Source: Myxococcota bacterium
Lineage (GTDB): Bacteria > Myxococcota_A > UBA796 > GCA-2862545
Assembly (NCBI GenBank): GCA_039208735.1
Contig: JBCCQY010000114.1
Location: 1-29,117, forward strand
Direction of reading: 5' to 3'
DNA: 29,117 nt
Under the pieces are notes generated by a model that did no database searches, was not told the origin of the DNA, and saw only the letters and a list, made by a program, of their open reading frames with translations. This document shows positions 23,945-29,117 of this stretch, piece after piece. Within the stretch, counting starts at the first letter, position 1; every line of letters starts with the position of its first letter. The position numbers and the translations under genes were made by a program.

Positions 23945-25177
23945 GTGAGCACCGTCCGCGACCAGATGCCCTGGCACCGACCCGCTCCTGGCACCGAGCC
24001 TGGAGCCCGCCGCGTCGATCCCCATCTCGACCTTGAGGACTACGATCCCGAGGGCGACTTGATGGCGCTGAACATGGGTCCCCAGCATCCATCGACCCAC
24101 GGCGTGTTCCGCATCAAGCTGTTTGTCGATGGTGAGGTGGTGATCAAGGCGGTACCGTATCCGGGGTACCTGCACCGCGGTGTTGAAAAACTCTGCGAGA
24201 AGCTGACCTTCATCCAGCTCACCCCCATCGTCGACAAACACGACTACGTCGCACCGATGACCAACGAGCAAGCGATTAACGTCGCGATCGAAGCGTTGGT
24301 GGGCGTGGAAGTGCCGAGACGGGCCCGCTGGCTGCGCACCATCTTGGCCGAAATGCAGCGTATTGCCTCGCACTTGCTTTGGCTCGGCACGTTTTGCCTC
24401 GACATTGGCGGCACGATCGGCGGGGGGGCATCCGTGATGATGTACACCTTCCGCGAGCGGGAACTCATCCTCGATTGCTTCGAAGCGCTCTGCGGAGGCC
24501 GCTTTCACTACAGCACCCACACCGTGGGCGGCAATCGGCATGACGTGCCCACGGGTTGGGATCGAATGGTCAAAGACGCCATGAAGAAGATCGGGCGTCG
24601 TCTACGCGAGTACGAAGCCGAGTGCACCGACAATGAGATCTTTCGGATGCGTACCCAGGGCATCGGTCTGATCGACCAGTACCTCGCGATGGATCTTGGT
24701 CTGACGGGCCCGAACCTAAGGGCCTCGGGCGTCGACCACGATCTTCGCCGCGATGAGCCGTTCCATGCCTACGACGAGATTGACGTCAACGTCGCGGTGG
24801 CGCGCGGCGGGGATTGCTTTGCCCGGTACGAAGTGCGGATGATGGAACTCAAAGAGAGCGTCCGTCTCGTCAATCAGCTCATCGACGGAATTCCCGAGGG
24901 CCCGATTGCCGCATTGCGCGGCGCGAAATCGCCGATCGCCGTCAAGGCCGCGGAGGGTCAGGTGTACCGCGCCATTGAGACGCCTCGTGGCGAATTGGGC
25001 ACATACATCATCGGAGGCGGCAACAAGAAGGGGGCGTGCGCCTATCGGCTGAAGATTCGGCCGCCGAGTCTCCATGCCATGTCCGCGCTGCCGTACGCGT
25101 TGGTGGGCCACACCGTCAGCGATGTGGTGACCATCCTCGGCTCACTCGATCCCATCATGGGCGAGGTGGACCGGTGA
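23945..25177 (+). CDS. nuoD: NADH-quinone oxidoreductase subunit D
   Basis: NMGPQHPSTHGVFR, GYLHRGVEK, ETPRGE, GSLDPIMGEVDR. Confidence 0.96.
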   Translation: MSTVRDQMPWHRPAPGTEPGARRVDPHLDLEDYDPEGDLMALNMGPQHPSTHGVFRIKLFVDGEVVIKAVPYPGYLHRGVEKLCEKLTFIQLTPIVDKHDYVAPMTNEQAINVAIEALVGVEVPRRARWLRTILAEMQRIASHLLWLGTFCLDIGGTIGGGASVMMYTFRERELILDCFEALCGGRFHYSTHTVGGNRHDVPTGWDRMVKDAMKKIGRRLREYEAECTDNEIFRMRTQGIGLIDQYLAMDLGLTGPNLRASGVDHDLRRDEPFHAYDEIDVNVAVARGGDCFARYEVRMMELKESVRLVNQLIDGIPEGPIAALRGAKSPIAVKAAEGQVYRAIETPRGELGTYIIGGGNKKGACAYRLKIRPPSLHAMSALPYALVGHTVSDVVTILGSLDPIMGEVDR

Positions 25178-26208
25178 TTCAGACGCTTGCCGACTACATC
25201 CCCGACGTGGCCTGGCAACGAGGCCTCATCGTGGGCTTTGTCGTCATGAACTTGCTCATGGCGGTCGGGGGGCTCGCGAGTTGGTGGGAGCGGAGATTCG
25301 CCGCTCGCATTCAGAACCGAATTGGCCCCAACATCGTCGGTCCGTTCGGAGTCTTGCAGCCGCTCGCCGACCTGCTCAAGATGATGCAGAAGGAAGACAT
25401 CGTGCCGCGGAATGCGGACCGGTGGCTTTTCAATTTGGCGCCTGCGCTTCCGACGATGCTTGCGCTAGGCACCGCCGCGGTCATTCCCTTCGGTGGCACC
25501 TGGGTCGACGGTCGTTTCGTCAACCAGTTCGTGGTGGCCGACCTCGACGTGGGCATTCTGTGGGTCCTCGCCCTCGCCGGCCTCATGGTCTTTCCGATCT
25601 TCATGGCCGGATGGGCCAGCAACAACAAGTACACGCTGTTGTCCGCGATGCGGGCGGTGGCCCAAGGCGTGTCCTACGAGATTCCTCTGGTGCTGGCTGC
25701 GTTGGTCGCGGTCATCGCAACGGGTGAGCTTTCGATCGGTGGAATCGTTCGATGGCAGGCCGAGAACGGCTGGCTTGTGGTCCGGCTCCCCGTGATTTCC
25801 TGGCTGGCGTTCCTCGTGTTCTTCGCCGCCTCACTTGCCGAGGCAAACCGCATTCCCTTCGACATTCCCGAGGCAGAAAGCGAACTTGTGGGCGGCATCA
25901 TGGTCGAATACACCGGCCTGAAGTTCGGACTGTTCCTGTTTGCGGAGTATGTCCACACCGCGATTGCATCGCTTTTGGCGGTCACGCTGTTCTTTGGGGG
26001 CGCGGACGGACCCGAGGTGAGCACGGTGGGTCCGCTCTGGCTGTTGCTCAAAGCCGGTGTGCTCTTCGTGATCATCTACTGGATTCGCTGGTCCTGGTAC
26101 CGCTTTCGTTCCGACCAACTCATGCAGCTCTGCTGGCGCTATCTCGTGCCGCTCACACTGGGGCTCGTGATGCTGACGGCGGTTGTCGTCGCGGTGGGGT
26201 GGGTGTGA
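25174..26208 (+). CDS. nuoH: NADH-quinone oxidoreductase subunit H
   Basis: ERR..ARIQNRIGPN, QPLAD, SNNKY, SYE, EANRIPFDIPEAESEL; GTG start overlapping the nuoD stop. Confidence 0.96.
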   Translation: MIQTLADYIPDVAWQRGLIVGFVVMNLLMAVGGLASWWERRFAARIQNRIGPNIVGPFGVLQPLADLLKMMQKEDIVPRNADRWLFNLAPALPTMLALGTAAVIPFGGTWVDGRFVNQFVVADLDVGILWVLALAGLMVFPIFMAGWASNNKYTLLSAMRAVAQGVSYEIPLVLAALVAVIATGELSIGGIVRWQAENGWLVVRLPVISWLAFLVFFAASLAEANRIPFDIPEAESELVGGIMVEYTGLKFGLFLFAEYVHTAIASLLAVTLFFGGADGPEVSTVGPLWLLLKAGVLFVIIYWIRWSWYRFRSDQLMQLCWRYLVPLTLGLVMLTAVVVAVGWV

Positions 26209-26732
26209 GGATTCCGTACCTGACGGGGGCTGGGCGTGCGTTGTGGATCACGCTGCGCAACTTCTTCCGGTCCCGTGTCACCGAGGGCATCCGTGGTGAA
26301 CAGACCCGGGCTCCTCGCTACAAGGCGAGCTTCGCCCTTGTGCACGATGAGAACGCCGAAGAGGCCTGCATCGGCTGCAAGCTCTGCGAGGTCATCTGCC
26401 CCTCCGAGATCATCACCGTCGTGCCTGCAGGCAAGCGAGTCTCCCCGGTCACGGGAAAGAAGCGCGGCTACGTCGACGACTTTACCCTCGACCTTCAGGC
26501 CTGCATCTACTGTGAGCTTTGCGTCCAGGTCTGCCCGACCGACGCCATCGTGATGCTCAGGGTGCAAGAAGAGCCAGGGTATTCGCGCGAAGACCTCGTG
26601 CTCACGATGGACAAGCTCTACGACAACGAGCGCAAACGGCCGCTGTATTGGGCCAAGGGCTCCGTGCTCATGCAGATGCAAGATCCCACGCGCAGTTCGC
26701 TGGTCAGCGATAGCCCCGAGGAGGTCGAATGA
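26205..26732 (+). CDS. nuoI: NADH-quinone oxidoreductase subunit I
   Basis: Two CxxCxxCxxxCP motifs (CIGCKLCEVICP, CIYCELCVQVCP). Confidence 0.95.
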   Translation: MRIPYLTGAGRALWITLRNFFRSRVTEGIRGEQTRAPRYKASFALVHDENAEEACIGCKLCEVICPSEIITVVPAGKRVSPVTGKKRGYVDDFTLDLQACIYCELCVQVCPTDAIVMLRVQEEPGYSREDLVLTMDKLYDNERKRPLYWAKGSVLMQMQDPTRSSLVSDSPEEVE

Positions 26733-27565
26733 TGGCCGACATCGGGTTCGCCATCGTTGCAGGTCTCGTGGTGCTGACGAGCGGCCTGGTCACGCAGGTC
26801 CGAAACCTCGTGCACGCGGTGTTCTGGCTTGCAGCCACGTTGTTGGCGTCTTCGGTCCTCATGATTTGGCTAGGCGCGCCCTTTGTCGCCGGCATTCAGA
26901 TTGTGCTGTACACGGGCGGGGTCATCACGCTGATGATCTTTGCAGTGATGCTGACAAGCCGCGAGGCGAGCACCTTCGTTCCCAACCCGGTGCACCGGCC
27001 CGGCGCCGCGGCCGTGGCCTCGCTGACGCTACTCGCCATTCTCACGAGTGCGATCTGGAACACGCCCGAACTTGAGCCTGAGGTCGTCGCAGCACGGTCG
27101 ATTCCTGCGTTGCGAACCTTCGAAGCCCACCTTTTGGTGGAGCAAGACCTCGAGATTCCCGAGGCCCCTGCGGTGGCCGAACCGGCTGAGGGCGAAGAGT
27201 CTTCCGAGCCCGTCCTCGAGGAATCGAGTTCCGAGGACCGTCGGGCCACGGCGTTTTCGGAGCTGCGTTCAACGGTCGCATCAGCGTTGGAAGCCTCGGG
27301 AGCCAGAGAGATTTCGGCCAATGATGACGACCTCGAACCGGTCGCCCGCCTTTGGTTGGCCCTGGATGACCACGGCGAGGCCTCTCGCGAGGCTGCGGTC
27401 GAACGCATTGCCGCTACGGGGGTTCGGGTGACCGAACTCGAGATGACCGCGCAGGTGGGTCGGCAGTTGTTGACCGACCATCTTTTGGCGTTCGAGGCGC
27501 TTTCGGTCCTGTTGTTGGCCGCCATGATCGGCGCCATCGTGTTGTCGCGTCGGAAAGACCCGTGA
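26729..27565 (+). CDS. nuoJ: NADH-quinone oxidoreductase subunit J, with large insertion
   Basis: NLVHA, QIVLYTGG, FEALSVLLLAAMIGAI. Confidence 0.92.
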   Translation: MMADIGFAIVAGLVVLTSGLVTQVRNLVHAVFWLAATLLASSVLMIWLGAPFVAGIQIVLYTGGVITLMIFAVMLTSREASTFVPNPVHRPGAAAVASLTLLAILTSAIWNTPELEPEVVAARSIPALRTFEAHLLVEQDLEIPEAPAVAEPAEGEESSEPVLEESSSEDRRATAFSELRSTVASALEASGAREISANDDDLEPVARLWLALDDHGEASREAAVERIAATGVRVTELEMTAQVGRQLLTDHLLAFEALSVLLLAAMIGAIVLSRRKDP

Positions 27566-27581
27566 GTCCGGAGGCGAGCCC

Positions 27582-27890
27582 ATGAATCCCATCGAGCTTC
27601 GCATCGTGCTCACCGTGGCATCGGTGTTGTTCTGTCTCGGCATTTACGGGGTCCTTGCCCGTCGCTCGGCGATCGGCGTGCTCCTGTGCCTCGAAGTGAT
27701 GGCCAATGCCGTGAACCTCGCAATGATCGGCTTTGGTCGCTTCATGACAGGCACGTCAGGCCAGGTGCTGACCCTGTTCGCCATCGCCCTGACCGTCGCG
27801 GAAGTCGTGATGGGCGTGGCCATCGTCCTGCTGCTGCGCCGAACCCACGGCAGCACGCTGACGGACGCGGCCGAGGAGCTGCGAGGATGA
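27582..27890 (+). CDS. nuoK: NADH-quinone oxidoreductase subunit K
   Basis: GIYG, LEVMANAVN, AEVVMG. Confidence 0.95.
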   Translation: MNPIELRIVLTVASVLFCLGIYGVLARRSAIGVLLCLEVMANAVNLAMIGFGRFMTGTSGQVLTLFAIALTVAEVVMGVAIVLLLRRTHGSTLTDAAEELRG

Positions 27891-29117
27891 ACCCCGTCGA
27901 TATTGCCGCGTTGGCCGTGTTTGCGCCCCTTGTGGTCGCGGCCATTTTGGTCGTGGTAGCGCCCCTTCGGCACAACACTCCCCTAGCCACCACGCTGTCG
28001 GTAATCGGGGCCCTGCTATCGCTTGGCGCAAGTGGTTGGCTGCTCGTTCAGCTGCTTTCGGAAACGCCAGGGACCTTCGAGCAGGTGGTGCAGCGCCAGT
28101 GGCTTGCCGCAGGCGACACCACGCTCGCCCGAGTGGGCTTCCGGGTCGATGCCATCTCGGTTCCCATGATGGTTGTGGTCAGTTTCGTGGCCACCATGGT
28201 CCAGGTGTTTTCCCACGGCTACCTAGCGGGCGAACCCAGTACGGACCGCGGTCGCTACTACACGTGGCAATCGCTGTTCCTCTTTTCGATGATGGGGCTT
28301 GTGGTGGCCCCGAACCTGCTGCAGCTCTTCTTGTGCTGGGAACTCGTGGGGATGTGCAGCTACCTGTTGATCGGGTACTGGTGGCGCAAGCCGTCCGCCG
28401 CCAAGGCCGCGGTCAAGGCCTTTTGGGTCACGAAGTTCGCCGACATGGGGCTGCTTGCCGGACTCATCATCCTCTACGTGCAGACGGGAGCCTTCGAGTG
28501 GTCTCCCGAAGCGGTTGCCCAGCTGGTGGAGTCGGGGACCGTCACCCTGGTGGCGGGCCTGTTCTTCGTCGCTGTCCTTGGCAAGTCGGCGCAGTTCCCG
28601 TTGCACGTGTGGTTGCCCGACGCGATGGAGGGGCCCACACCGGTCTCGGCTCTCCTGCATGCCGCGACCATGGTCGCGGCGGGGGTCTACCTCATCGTGC
28701 GCGGCTGGCCGATTTTCGTCGAGTCTGAAGGCGTGCTTCAGGCCATGGCCGTCATCGGGGGCACCACCGCCTTCTTTGGCGCATGCATGGCCATCGTACA
28801 AAGCGACATCAAGCGCGTGCTCGCCTACTCCACGATCAGTCAGCTCGGCTACATGATTGCCGCCCTGGGCGCAGGGAGCTTCCTCGGGGGGTACTTCCAC
28901 CTCGTCACCCACGCGTTCTTCAAGGCGATGCTGTTTCTTGGCGCGGGCTCGGTCATCCATGCGATGCATCACGAGCAGGACATGCGCAACTATGGCGGGC
29001 TGCGGAAAAAGATCCCCTACACCTTCTGGGCGATGATGATCGGGACGCTGGCGATCACAGGGGTGGGCATTCCCGCGACGCTGTTCAAGCTGTTTGACCG
29101 GCCCATAGGCTTTGCCG
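27887..29117 (+). CDS. nuoL: NADH-quinone oxidoreductase subunit L, runs off window
   Basis: ATGA overlap with nuoK; my translation gives WELVGMCSYLLIGYW, KSAQFPLHVWLPDAMEGPTPVSALLHAATMV, AYSTISQLGYM, THAFFKA. Confidence 0.96.
   Translation, partial: MNPVDIAALAVFAPLVVAAILVVVAPLRHNTPLATTLSVIGALLSLGASGWLLVQLLSETPGTFEQVVQRQWLAAGDTTLARVGFRVDAISVPMMVVVSFVATMVQVFSHGYLAGEPSTDRGRYYTWQSLFLFSMMGLVVAPNLLQLFLCWELVGMCSYLLIGYWWRKPSAAKAAVKAFWVTKFADMGLLAGLIILYVQTGAFEWSPEAVAQLVESGTVTLVAGLFFVAVLGKSAQFPLHVWLPDAMEGPTPVSALLHAATMVAAGVYLIVRGWPIFVESEGVLQAMAVIGGTTAFFGACMAIVQSDIKRVLAYSTISQLGYMIAALGAGSFLGGYFHLVTHAFFKAMLFLGAGSVIHAMHHEQDMRNYGGLRKKIPYTFWAMMIGTLAITGVGIPATLFKLFDRPIGFA

Noticed and set aside
1..29117. CRISPR array, rRNA, intact IS or prophage
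   Set aside because: No regularly spaced repeats, rRNA signatures, intact transposase/integrase or phage structural genes seen.

Overview
GC-rich bacterial chromosomal window; the gene repertoire (vWA and other lipoproteins, STAND regulator, DUF2330 remnant) suggests a Myxococcota-like deltaproteobacterium, which is inference. The left part (1-18.6 kb) is accessory. It holds many secreted/lipoprotein genes (vWA, pentaheme cytochrome c, Cys-rich, propeller-like, FG-GAP + serine hydrolase, PEGA-like), a YjjJ/HipA-like kinase translationally coupled to a HExxH zincin, a STAND NTPase-TPR-wHTH protein, DUF763 with a QLNLF clamp-type motif and SOS-box-like site, a FitAB/VapBC toxin-antitoxin pair, and an orphan YidD-like + TPR/TM2 pair. 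It also has decayed remnants: an internally deleted transposase, an internally deleted DUF2330, and a tyrosine-integrase relic at the 3' end of tRNA-Arg. The right part is core: tRNA-Arg(ACG), an SH3 lipoprotein, tRNA-Ser(GCT), tRNA-Ser(TGA), serS, and a divergent complex I operon nuoA-B-C-D-H-I-J-K-L. That operon has no nuoEFG in the window and is interrupted between nuoB and nuoC by an antisense AraC/GyrI regulator. All family calls come from motif recognition by eye; no searches were run.
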